A stretch of 63,999 bases of DNA, the filler included, from Basidioascus undulatus (Eukaryota): the NCBI GenBank assembly GCA_000826855.1. It is 4 parts of 4 records of this genome, joined end to end, with 100 filler letters (N's around TTAATTAATTAA, not from the genome) between each part and the next. Parts side by side here need not be neighbours in the genome. Positions count along the whole stretch, not along the records: positions 1 to 16,216 come from JTLS01000595.1; 3 more parts are not named here. One strand, 5' to 3'. The notes under the pieces are model-generated. The model saw nothing but the letters and a program-made list of their open reading frames with translations, searched no databases and was not told where the DNA came from. The position numbers and the translations under genes were made by a program. Shown in pieces: positions 1-11,865 of this stretch (position 1 is the first letter of the stretch; each line of letters begins with the position of its first letter).

Positions 1-186
1 TGCAGGGCGCGTAGGGGTGGTGGTGATGGTGGTGCGCGTGGCCGGACGGGTGACCGTCACGGCTGCGGAGGAGACCGGGCATCATAGATTGAGGGGTTTC
101 GCGAGACAGATCCGACGGCGTCGTTCGGTTGATTGACCGAAAGACGGGGCGGAAGTCTAGCGAAGGTTGGCAAGGAGAGCTACGGC
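1..186 (-). CDS. Partial exon of a hypothetical His-tract protein running off the left edge
   Basis: Open frame from a CAG acceptor (187-189) through ATG at 85: MMPGLLRSRDGHPSGHAHHHHHHPYAPC. True start uncertain. Confidence 0.35.
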
Positions 187-2433
187 CTGTCAAAAGTAGG
201 TGAGATGTTCAGCATACGTTCGAGATGTCCACATGAATTGCTGTGCACAGTATATGAAACGCTGTCGTCGTGAGCATCGAGGCTCGAACCGGAATACACC
301 GGGTTACATGAGCGTCTCGACAAGAGGGGAGGTCGCCTACGAACCAGCACGAAAGCTCTCTGCCTCCGACTCGAGATGGGCGCGGTCAAGCAACTCGCCT
401 GAGGCGAGCTGGGAAGGGGACCCAGTGCGTTAGCATCGCCATGTCGATGCGTCCATCTTCTTCGTAACCCATTTCGTGCTCCAGCGCGTTTCCTTCTCAA
501 TCAACCTTTGAGGCCGTGGCCGAACCCAGGTGTGCCGTACGATCGGACCACAATGCAGCCACTGACTGGACACCTCGCACGCACCTTGGCTGAGCTGCTC
601 TTCACCGAAAGTTAAAGCTGTAACGAAGTCGCTACGAGTTGAAGGGTATCCACCGGAAGGGCCGAGGTGAAGTCTAGTCGGTCCTGGAGCGTCGCGGTAA
701 GGTCGGGATGGACGCGTGGCAGTCGGGTGGAGCGCGTCGAGCGAGGTCGTTACGGCGATGTTCGTGAACTGGGAGCGGGGGGAACGGTGGCGGCTGGGCG
801 TCCAGAGGGCGGAGAGTCGCGAGATCAGAGGGGGGACGACGGACACCAGTCAAGGTGTGTCGGGGGAAGAGTGCTGGGTGCTGGGGTTGCCTTTGGGGCT
901 TGCGCTGTAGTAGAGCCCAGACGAGCGCGGCGCGACGACGGAGGACGAGGGCGGGCGGACGAGGGTGAGCAGCGGCGGCGGTGAACGGACGAGTGTGGAG
1001 TGGCCACGAAACGAAAGCTAGAGCCTGGAGATGGGGGACGCGTCGCAAATGAAAGGGAGTCAGCAAGGAGGGACTACACAGCGATTATGATGTCCAACGA
1101 AGGGGAATGTGGGTGTAAATTGAAGCATCTGCTGCTCACCTAGTCAAAGGGAGGAGCACAAGCAAGTGGATTGCAAGCACAGCGACAAGCACAGGCTTTG
1201 GGCGGGAGGAGGGGGAACGGAGGAAGCGCACGCGCTGTGTAGCGGTGCTTCGACCAACGGCGATGCTCTACAGCGGTTTTACGGCTGCGATGCGGATCGG
1301 GACGCTGGAATCGAACGCGACTAGCACGAGTGCGGCGTCGAGAGCGGACGGCGGAGGTGGGGGGAGGAGGAGGTGGAGGGTGGAGAGATGATTCATTTCT
1401 TGATTTCGGGTTTCAGCAGAGAGCATATCGCTGCGGTTGAGTGGCAGGAGCGCCAAAAGCGCGGAAGTGATCGTTCCCACAGTTTGGAGATGTGCATCAG
1501 ATCTCGCTTCATTCGCTGCTCGGACCGCCATTCGGTTGGCACATTAACTGAGCACCGCCCCTTACCGCCTTTCCTTCGAGGAATGAAGCTAATAATCGCT
1601 GTGCGGCCGCTTTTTGCACGCATGGACGTAATGAAGTCGGTGGCAAGGCGACTGCCAAACTCTGACTAAGGCTGATCGGGGCACGTCGCGTTGATGTAAT
1701 TGGCAGTGCGTACAGATATTATCAGAGGTGGTTCGAGCATGCGAGGCACTAACTACTGCTGCTTTCTGACGCGACCGAAGCCAGTGTGCGGCCGGCTTGT
1801 GCCGCAAGATGGGGATCGCACGCTGTATCGCCAGCTTTGCCGGGGTAGTTTCCTCAGACTGTCCAGATGGGTTGCTTCAATGGATTCGGGACGTGTGGCA
1901 GCAGCGCATGCGACTCGCAGTCGAGCACCTGAATCAAAGTGCCGGCGAGCGAAGATGATCCTACTGCAAGCACGCAAGAGACTTTCACAGCTTGTCGAAG
2001 TTTTATGTCTCGGACTCGCCTCAGTAAACCACTACACATCTGGTGGGACCAAGAGGAAAAGCGAGCGGTCGCCCTGGCCAGAGCCGACACACAGTAGCCT
2101 TGTGTCTCGTCTCACTCCCGTCGACGTCTTCCCGCCGCCTTCGAAGCCTCAACGAGACATCGCACAACGCCTTTCCATTATTCTAATACGTCTACTGCTT
2201 TTCATCGATTGTGCATAACGGGTCAGCAGGCCTCGCCGGGAGGCTGCAACAGCATCACTGTCGTTAGCACGCGCAACCGCCTCGCCCCACTCTTTCCACC
2301 TGACGTGCTAGGTTCTACACAAGCTTAGCCCTCCAAAACCCTTGCAATATAACCGAACAAAAACATCCCGCACCACCCCTTTCTCTTCCCCACCCACCTC
2401 TCCCTCCCCCCCGCGCTCGCGCCACACTGCACG

Positions 2434-5400
2434 ATGCGCCCATCCTTTGCAGCAGCCGTCGCACTCGTGCTCCTGGCACCGTTAGCAAGCCCCAAGCCCC
2501 ACTTCGAGGGCCCAGAGAAATCATCACCCGCTCTCGCGCGGCGAACCAGCCCCCGCAGCGCTGTGGCGGGCGTAGCCAACTGGCTGTGGGCGCGCGATGG
2601 GAAGGGCAAGGGCGATGGGAAGGAGGGGAAGGATGATGGGAAGGGCAAGGTAGGCTTCTCGGATTCACAGGCGGTATTGAAGCGAACGTACTGTGCCCAA
2701 TATCTGGACCCCGAATCCTGTAGGACAAGGACGACGACAAGTCCAAGTCTGCACCGGACACGAAGGACAAGAAGGGCAAGGGCGACGACAAGGCAAGTCC
2801 TCCTCCGCTGTACATCCAATGCCTACACTCTAGCTAACACATTCCTTCCCTTCCGAATCAACTGTTAGACTAAAGACAAGGACAGGGTCCGTTTCCCCTA
2901 CTCGGTCGGCCTGGTGCAGCTCACGATGGCCCACTGAACATCTCTCAGCTTTGCCCATACAGAAGTCGGACGCAGTCAAGGCGCCCGAACCGGAGAAGAA
3001 GAAAGACGAAAAGAAAGATGATGCGAAGAAGAAGGACGACGGCAAGAAAGACGACGGCAAGGTAGGTTGCTTTGTGCCCTCCGCTGCGTTGCGCGGCGTG
3101 AGCTCAACTCCTTGCATTCTACAGAAGGACGATGACAAGGTCCGTCTAGCTGAATCGACCGACTCTGATGAATGAGCTCTGACTTGAGGCTTGCCTGCAG
3201 GACAAGAGCCCGAAGGCCGACGTCAAAGCGCCTGAGGCACCCAAGAAGGCCAACGACAAGAAGGATAACAAGAATCCAGACGTTAAAAAGGACGACAAGG
3301 TACGTCCGACTCGTAACGCCGTGTCCTCATCCGTGCTGATCCAGCCGCACTTTTCCCGGTGCTGCAGAAAGACGCAAGCTTCTCATGCCGCTCTCATATC
3401 CGACGTTCCCAGCTCACGCAAGGCTGCACTTTCAGGACCACTCTGATCACTCCGACCACAAGGACGATAAGAAGGACGATAAGAAGGTCAGTCGCTCTGC
3501 AGTGACATGCTGCCATCCTACCTGCCTAACGAGGTGATACCTCAGGTCGAGAAGCCCAAGGTATGCGCAGTCCATAAGCATACCTCACTCTACCCATGCT
3601 GACTTGACAATTTTGTGGGCGGCCCAGGACGATAAGCCCAAGGCGAAGGAAGTGAAACTGGATGAAAAGAAGGACGACAAGAAAAAGGTGCGGGACCCAC
3701 CGACAGCGCTTCAAAACACAAGCAGACGCTGATACCGAGATGCCGTTACGGAGGATAAGCCGAAGGACGAAAAGAAGGATGACAAGAAGGACGAAAAGAA
3801 GGACAAGAAGAAGGTGCGGCAGCCGCGCAGGTTCTTTCGAGACCAACCGGGCAGACGCTGACCTCATAAAATCCGTTTACAGGAGGACAAGCCGAAAGAG
3901 GAGAAGAAAGATGACAAGAAGGACAAGAATAAGGTATGGTAGACGTCGATGTTTCGAATCGGTGCTAGAAGACTGATCTTACGATTCCGTTTACAGGAGG
4001 ACAAGTCGAAAGAGGAGAAGAAGGCAAATCTTTTCCTGCGGTGCATTTTGCGGTTCCACCTGACGTACTCGCTCCTCCGCGGCAGGAGAAACCCGAGGTA
4101 GGATTACAGCTGGTCATCTCGAAACATTCTCTGCTGCTTACAGACCGAGCAACTCTCACAAGGAACAGAAGGTACGTCCCGCCTTGAATCTGCGCTACGT
4201 CCCTTGCTTACATGCCCTACATTCACAGGCCGACAAGCCTGATAACCACAAGGACGAGAAGAAGGACGAGAAGAAGGACGAGAAGAAGGACGAGAAGAAG
4301 GACGAGAAGAAGGACGAGAAGAAACCGGAGGTGAAAAAGGTACGCCATGCTTGTGCCTTACAGACGAACGCCAGCATTTGACATCCGGATTGTGTTGTTG
4401 CGTTGGGCAGGAGGCGCCCAAGCCCAAGCATGAGGAGAAAGTGAGTGTTTCCTGCCTTCTAGCCATGTCAATGCAGGACGACCGCTGAACGACAAGAAGG
4501 TGCGTTTCGATTGGGGATCCCTATCGTCACGATTCAGCTAACGCAATGCCACACCTCAGGACCACTCTGCCCACTCCGAGCATTCCGAACACTCCGACCA
4601 CAAGAAGGAGCACGAGAAGAAGCCGGAGGTCAAGAAGGTGGGTCATAAAGCACGATTCTGATGTTTGAGAACTAGGTCGTTGAATGACGTGGGGTCCAAC
4701 AACACAGGGGGCCAAACACGAGGAGAAGGTGCATTAGAAGTGTCGGTTCCCGAGTCGCACTGCGTGTGTTTATGCCCCCTGACCCTTTCAGAAGAAGGAG
4801 GCGCCGAAGAAGAAGCCCGAGGAGAAGGTGAGTTCTGCTGGACTGTAGGAATACTGCAAAAGTCAGGCGATTGACAGTGATGGCCCAATCCGCAGAAGAA
4901 GGAGGCTCCGAAGAAGGAGGTGCGCCCACACTTTAGGGTGGATGAACGACTGAAGTGCAACTGAACGTGACCGCTGCCAGGAGCACAAGCACGAAGAGCA
5001 CAAGGAGCACAAACCTCACGAGCACCACAAGAAGCCCGAGGAGAAGGTGCGAGTTTGACCGCAGTGTCTAAGCGATACCCGCTCCGCTTGGTCTCCTTAC
5101 TGACCTCGGGCTTACTCTACCAGTTCGAGATCAAGAAGGCTCCTAAGAAACCCGAGGCAAAGGCATGTCGGTCGTTTCCTCCTGACACAACATGCTGATT
5201 GGAGACCTGTGCGCAGAAGGAAGTCCCGAAGGGCGAGGTGCATAAGGTGGTGCGCGAAAGATGTTTGGTCCCAGAAGGACATTCGCTGACGCCTTGCACC
5301 GTTCCTTTGAAAGGTTCCTCTGCCTGCCCCCGAGCGTGTACGCAAGACCTCTCTTCCCTCTCGTCGATCAGTGCTCATGTCCCGCGCCCACCCCAGATCG

Positions 5401-5682
5401 AGTACAAGCCCTCCCCGAAGCCCGAGAAGTTCAAGGCTGCTCCGAAAGCTCACGAGATCAAGAAGCCTCATCACGAATGCGCCGCCGAGAATAAGAAGCC
5501 CGAGATCGTTGAGGTCACGGTTAAGGGCAAGACGTTCAAGATCAAGGTCTGTCACGCTGCTGTTGATCGGGTTGGAAAAATACTGAGGGTGGACTGTCCA
5601 GATCTTCTCGGACCAAAAAGTCGAGACCAAGAAGCAGGGCGTCCTTCACATCACGACGTGGGCTCTGGCGGATGAGCTGTGA
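2434..5682 (+). CDS. Secretory-pathway, highly charged K/D/E/H-rich low-complexity protein (~497 aa), ~28 exons, C-terminal ADEL
   Basis: Signal-peptide-like start MRPSFAAAVALVLLAPLAS. Exons read by eye: 2434-2649, 2724-2792, 2869-2886, 2963-3061, 3125-3139, 3201-3299, 3368-3373?, 3436-3486, 3546-3560, 3628-3687, 3754-3813, 3883-3933, 3997-4023, 4086-4097, 4169-4171?, 4229-4339, 4411-4440, 4497-4499?, 4560-4637, 4708-4728, 4792-4827, 4896-4919, 4981-5046, 5124-5162, 5217-5246, 5314-5337, 5397-5546, 5602-5682. Every length is a multiple of 3; the last exon ends ...TTWALADEL*. Confidence 0.85.
4250..4321 (+). repeat. Perfect coding 12-bp tandem repeat (AAGGACGAGAAG)x6 = (KDEK)6
   Basis: Six exact copies visible in exon 4229-4339. 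Confidence 0.95.
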
Positions 5683-6286
5683 GAGCCATGGAGGATGTCC
5701 TAGCTGTATGTTCGAGTTCGACTTTCCGGCAACATAGGGCGTGTACTGACCGACTTGCAGCATTCTACATGTACAGTGTACAACGGACACTTCACACGTC
5801 TTTACTCATGCGATGTGGCTCAATCCTGTACAACATTCATGCCTTTTGAAGCCTCTGCCACGTGCGTGCCCAACGGAGGGCTTGCTGTCTATCTCCCTGT
5901 TTGCGTTGACTTGCCCGGAACATTTTATCTGGAACATTTAAGTGCGCTTCTCAGCGGTGCGTCCATCAAAGGATAATCTGCGATGACTGTATTGATGAAA
6001 TGTGTTGATGCTGTAGCTGTCACCTGTAATCAAATATGGAGCCCCTTTCCTTGGGAAGGCGGAGCGGTCTTGGCGGCATGAAAAAAGAATATTCTGAAGG
6101 GGAAGTGCAGGCTGTAAAGCACGCACAAAAGAGCATGATCTGGCATTGCGATCCTGAATGGCATCGCAACACGACACTTCTATACCTTCTTCCATCACGT
6201 GTATTGACTACATCTTATTCAAAACGAGGTCAATTGTCGTGCGTTTGACGATTAAAATTGCCCTTCAAAATGTCTTGGATTGAGGT

Positions 6287-7194
6287 CTAAGGGCATGTGC
6301 GCTGTTTGGAGTACCAGTGCTTACGAACGTCTCTGACACAAAAACGGGAAATTTCACCCGAACCTGCGTTGACCTGCAATACATCGTCACCGGGACGTCG
6401 CTGTATACCATTCGTCTCTCTCTGTATCCCAGCATGCGTCCTCTCCCTCACCGTCCAACGATCATCACATTCAGCCGCATCGAGGGTCAGCACGTCGAGG
6501 GCATCGGTCTCCAATTCACCTGAACGCTGCGGGACGAGGCAGTCTGCAGCTCGTGCACCCTCGATCAGTGGCTCGACGAGAGTATTAGACTTGGCGGTGT
6601 ACACACACAGCTGGCGGAGCAGCACGCGCGACTCCCCGACGAACAGCGTGCTGGCGTTCGCAATGCGCTCCGCGGTGAGAAGCTGATGACGCTCGAGCAA
6701 CTTCTCTCGAGCCTGCGGTGCAACATCAAGGACCATTGCTGGTGGGGTTGCAAGTCTTCCCCAATTGATCCTGTCGCTGGTTGACTCAAAAGACATGCGG
6801 CGGGAGTAGCTGCTTCCAGTCCTTCGAGCCCGCCGCGAAGATTTCGAGCCCCAGCATGCTCGTGAGCCGGGCTATACCGAGGAGGAAGCTCTGCGGGACC
6901 ATCTCGAGTCTATTTAAGGTTATGAAGGTGCGCCTGTCACCAGCTGTTTGAGTAGGGCGCTGTGATGGACGTGCGCTCATGAGTCGCGTCTGTTCGCAGC
7001 TTCCCCCCATCCGGCGGGTCGGCCCAGATCCGCTGTCGTGTGACGGGGGAAGCATTTCTGACTAAACATTGTATGATTGGGTGCCTTGAGAATGGCATGA
7101 GCTTACGAGAGAGAGAGACGGACGAGCTGTTGGCGCTGGATGAGACGGAAATGTTGAAGGGACACACGACACGTAGCGTCGGGCACGATCTCAA
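6287..7194 (-). pseudogene. Hypothetical protein with an apparent frameshift
   Basis: ...KQLLPPHVF* continues as FESTSDRINWGRLATPPAMVLDV... in another frame (one extra T near 6790). No family recognised; 5' end uncertain. Confidence 0.3.
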
Positions 7195-7941
7195 AAAGCT
7201 TTGGGTCTGGCGAAGAGGACCGCATTTAACTTCTATAGGTGCAAGCTACACTTTGTGAATGACACATACAACGTCCAGGAGAAGGCGCCCAAGCGTCGAG
7301 TACTGCAACCCAAGTTGAACTCAGAGGGGAAGAGGGGCCGGGAGAGTCCGTCGGGACTGAGTCTTTTACAGTGACCAACTGATTGATAGACCATAATCTT
7401 GATACCAGTAATCAAACCTAAAAATCTGGATCGTCTTCTCATTCTATAGGTATCAAGATCAAGTGGCGGGATGATGGATGCATGAAGCAAATAAAGCGTG
7501 CTTCCGCGCCTCTTTCATTGTCTAGCAATCGCCTTTTCGCTGTCTGACGAATGAGAAAACATGCTTTCATAAAACAATCCTATGGACATATTTGAAATTT
7601 CGCGGATGGGTGGTTGTCTCAAACCTACGGCATGGTCGAGCGCTGAGAACGCAAGTCGAAATTCTCGCGGGTCGTCTGCCATCACCAGTTCTTATGTGAG
7701 CGCATAAGATATCCAATGTGTATGTGTGTGTGTTGTTTATTCTGGAATTCAGCGAATTCACGAAGTTGAGTGTCGCCAAACGCCTTTTGTGAGGCTTATG
7801 AGGCTTAAAAGGGTTCCAGCTGTGACTGTCATCTGACAACTGTAGCTCGTCGGGCGTGGGAAAAGGAAGGCGCCCATGTGAAGTCGAAATCTTGCGTACG
7901 CGTTTTGCCGCTTACCTTTACCAGCTCTCTGCGTATTTCTC

Positions 7942-9340
7942 ATGGCGACGCTCATTCCACCTCCGCGAAAGCCCAAGCGGGCCAAGATCATGCACGACGA
8001 GGACCCAGCCGCTGCTGCACCCGTCGCGCCAGTGCCATCCGTCGTCGTCCAGTTCACCTCGAGCGAGGATGGCTCCCAGGTCGGGCCGGCGGTCAACTTG
8101 CCTGCGGATACTGGGCGGGATGCGTTGGAGCTACTTGTTAACCAACTGAGAGGATCTGTGAGTGTCTGCTTCCAGTCCATAGGGCGGCTCGAGGAGGTTG
8201 GCTGATCAAACGTGAGCCGACGACAGGGCGAAGACCCCATCCCGTTCGCCTTCCATGTGGCCCTTCCCGAACGCGCCCCAGTCGCAGATGGCGAGCCAGT
8301 CCCTTCCTCCCGCCTCCAAATCTCGACCTCCATCCTCGCCGATGCGCTCTCCGCCAAAGTCGCCGCGGCGCACAACCTCAGCGCCGAAGACGTCTTCACG
8401 ATCGTCTGCGAGCCGCAGGCCGTCTTCCGCGTCCGTCCGGCTACCCGCTGCTCCAGCACGATCGAAGGTAAGCAGAGATGGCGTTCTCACTGGAGTCGGT
8501 GACCTAACAACATTCCCCCGCAGGTCATTCTTCCCCCATCCTCTGCGCCAACTTCTCCCCTACCGGCCGCATGCTCGCGACCGGCGGCGGCGACAACACC
8601 GCGCGCCTATGGGATCTGGATACCGAGACCCCGAAGCATACGCTTTTGGGCCACACGGGCTGGGTGCTCTGCGTCGAGTGGGAGGCGCGCGAGCGGATGC
8701 TGGCGAGCGGTGGGATGGACGGAATGGTGCGTGGCATGAGGCTCTTATGCGGCCTGCGGAGGTCTGAGCAAGTCGCCGGGGATAGGTCCGGCTGTGGGAT
8801 CCTTCGAAGGGCAAGCCAATCGGAGAGCCATTGAAGGGCCACTCCAAGTGGATCACGTCGATCGCATGGGAGCCCATACACCTGTTCGTCGATTTTCCTG
8901 TGCTAACTCTCCGTTCTTAAGTTGAAACCAAACATTTCGGGTCTCTGCAGGAATCCCTCTCAACCTCGTTTCGCCTCCTCTTCCAAGGACGGCACCGTCC
9001 GAGTCTGGTCGTCCGCGACGCGCCGGCTCGAGTACACGCTGGGCGGGCACACCGCGAGCGTGAACATCGTGCGGTGGTCGGGCGAGGGCGTCATCTACAC
9101 TGCGAGTCAGGACCGGACGGTCAAGGTCTGGGACGCAAACGGGGTGCGTCTTCCTGTCCAGCCATTTGGACGCGGTCGCTTAATGGATCACGCGTCTCGT
9201 GTAATGCTGGCAGGGCAAGCTCATCCGCTCGCTCAACGAGCACGCCCATTGGGTCAACACGATGGCACTCTCGACGGACTTTGTGCTGCGCACTGGTCCG
9301 TTCGACTGGAAGGGCAAGCCGCCCGCTTCGGACGAAGAAG
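7942..9340 (+). CDS. RSA4: Ribosome assembly protein 4 / Notchless homolog (NLE domain + WD40 repeats), 3'-truncated
   Basis: MATLIPPPRKPKR...; NLE-like domain ending CEPQAVFRVRPATRCSSTIEGH; WD40 repeats GHTGWVLCVEW, GHSKWITSIAWEPIHL, GHTASVNIVRW, HAHWVNTMALSTDFVLRTGPFD. No further RSA4-like sequence after the donor at 9341. Confidence 0.92.
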
Positions 9341-9427
9341 GTGGGTGCCTGCCTTCCTATACCCATCCCCACCGCCTCACGCAGATTCAGTCGCTATGGA
9401 GAAGGAAAAACAGGGAACGCAGCGCAC

Positions 9428-9907
9428 GTCGTCCGCCTCGACATGCCGCGGGACCGTCGAGAGGGGCAGCCCCGCAATCTGCGCGGACGTGAGCCCACGA
9501 ACGAGGACGTGCGTGTGCTGAGGATCGACAGCACCGTCCCACCACGCTTGCTCGCGGTCGATTATGCGCTTGAGCCGCTCGGGAACAGACTCGATCGATG
9601 GCTCGGGAACGAGCGAGGCGGCTTCGAGGTGGATGAGGTATTCTTGGGAGGCGCAAGGCAGGGGAATGAGGCGAATGGGAACCGAGTAGAAATAAGGAAA
9701 TGAAAGCGTACGCAGCCGGGGGAGATGCACGAGCGAATTGAGCGTTTTGCACACTCTGGCCATGCGGAGAAGGGAGCGCAGGTCGAGGTACTCGAGAGCG
9801 TAGCAGAGGATGTCCTCGGGCAGGTCGAGCAGCGCGCGCGCCTAGAGTGCGCAGGGGGAATGTAAGCTACACTCAAAGGAAGTATTGGGAGAGTTTTCAA
9901 ATACCAT
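9428..9907 (-). CDS. F-box protein, 3'-truncated
   Basis: ATG-only first exon (9907-9905), intron, then ARALLDLPEDILCYALEYLDLRSLLRMARVCKTLNSLVH (F-box motif) and YLIHLEAA. The last GT donor at 9427 runs into the RSA4 sequence. Confidence 0.72.
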
Positions 9908-10456
9908 GGTTGGATCGTACGACGCAGGCAGTGTCAGTATGTGGGAACAGCGATCAAGTAAGACAGCCAAGGACGCGCAGACGCGCGCAAAGACGCGTTG
10001 GGCACATTGGCTCTGGGGCACTTCCGCGGACGCCTATCGGAAACGAGTGTCAACTTGAATGAGAATTTACTTCGTCAATGAGGTTGTGATTGCCGTTATT
10101 TCAGATATGGATGGCTATTGAAAGCTGGCACGGCTATGACCGTAAGAAACCATCACTAGTGCCGGGTACGCTCGTTGAAGGCGACGTGCGAACCTTGCCT
10201 CACTCAACGTGTTTATATCTCGGTCCGATCTTTGATCGGACACATTTACGTCAGAACGATTTGTACAATCAAGCCGACAGGCAGCAGGCACACTGCGGCA
10301 GGTGCGAACAGGCGAGCAGAAAGCCTCGGCGGAAGTCATTTTGGCACATTCAACCTGCAGCGCCAATGGTCGCATCAATAGCAATATGCATGACGAATCT
10401 TCCGCCTATTATCAAGCGCGGCTTAAAGCATGAATATGCGCTGAAGTGCACCCTCG

Positions 10457-11203
10457 TCACAGCACCGCAAAGCAATTGTATGATACGAAATCCCCGATCT
10501 TCTGAACTGTCGCGATCAGCAAGAGCTTCGAAAGCCACTGGTATCTGAACAGGTAATGAACCTCGTTGAGATTCAATAATTTCTCCAGGATTGGCTTTCA
10601 AGTGCTTACTTTGGGTGACCGCTCTCGAGCTCGACCCCCGCACGGAAGAGCTCCTTATGTTTGCCGGACGACCCGGCAGTAGCGAACTTCGCAAGGGTCT
10701 ATGCAGCTCAGTGACATTGTGTAGAAACGTAAGTATAGCATGGCATCAGATTGGCTGACTAACTCACCGCATCTGGCCCGATGTCGGTCGCGTTTCCATT
10801 TGTGCGAATGTAGATGCACGCGCCGTCCTCAGTCTTCAACGTGTATCGCGTGTCCACCACAACGTCTACAGGACCTTCCGTGAGTCTTCATTGCCCATGT
10901 CCAAGCCCCAGTCTCCGCCGCCATCACTGTGAATGTGGACCTGCATCAGCGCTTACACTCAGCTGTGCGACTGGCACACTCACAGGATCTCCCCTTTAAG
11001 ATATGGCCCGTCCAATGTCCCCCCTCGGATGGGTAGAGTACTCGCTCCTGGGCACCAGCCCTCGGAGAGCCCATAGAGACTGCTGGATCCACTTGCATTG
11101 CCGGCTGAACACGAACTCGAAGCGCGGGAGGGGGATCGGCAGCAGCGCTGCGTGGGCTGGGGAGGTCATTGGGAAGCGGGGGTGGTTGCAAGCGTTGGTT
11201 CAT
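10457..11203 (-). pseudogene. DUF3237/UPF0311-like gene with about three frameshifts
   Basis: Motifs in family order but in changing frames: PRFEFVFS / RVLYPSEGGHWTG / LKGEIL / GGGDWG / DTRYTLKTEDGACIYIRTNG / ELESGHPK|YQWLSKLLLIATV...VSYNCFAVL*. Confidence 0.65.
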
Positions 11204-11865
11204 GTAGAGATCAACAGACACAAGGGTTTACTTCTCGTGGTGGACCGGCAAATGCAAGCCGAGGTTCCTGGGTTCTGATCGAGGGCAAGCATCGCGGATA
11301 AACTGAAGTTTCGGCGGCTGTGTTTAACACGCACGATCCAATGCTCAAAGATGGGCGTCCGCTTCACTGTGTATATGTAGATAAATTGTCCAGATTCTCG
11401 GCTTGCATTGTCCACTAAGGCCCCTGTCGAGCATCCCTGGAGACTGGGAGCGACTCCACGAGTCCACTGCTTTCAAGGCTAGTTTCGTGGTTTGCCTCGA
11501 AGTACTGACTTGGACAACGTGCAGCGTCTGAGAATCGAGAGGTGAGGCCTGTATGGGTTTCTGTAAAGGAATTATTTCCTCAGATGTTGAGACGCTCATA
11601 ATCTTGCAAAAACCGCTCACCCAGCCGCGGCGAGTGCCACGAACCAGGAAGCCGTCGCTTGGCGTTGGGCTCACTTATCTTATCGTCACCCCGTGATTGG
11701 GGGTCTATTTCTACTACGGCTTCTCAACGGGCACATATCATGGGATTCAAGAGGCTGGCACTCGTCGCAGTCCTCTGACCTTGTCCTCCCTCATCCTCTT
11801 TCTCGACTCTCCGTTTCGATCGCAGTTGGCATCTCTCACAGCTCAACCGTACAATCACCGCAAAT

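Noticed and set aside
4250..4321. Regular repeat as a possible CRISPR-like array
   Set aside because: No spacers; it is a coding (KDEK)6 tandem repeat in a eukaryotic exon.
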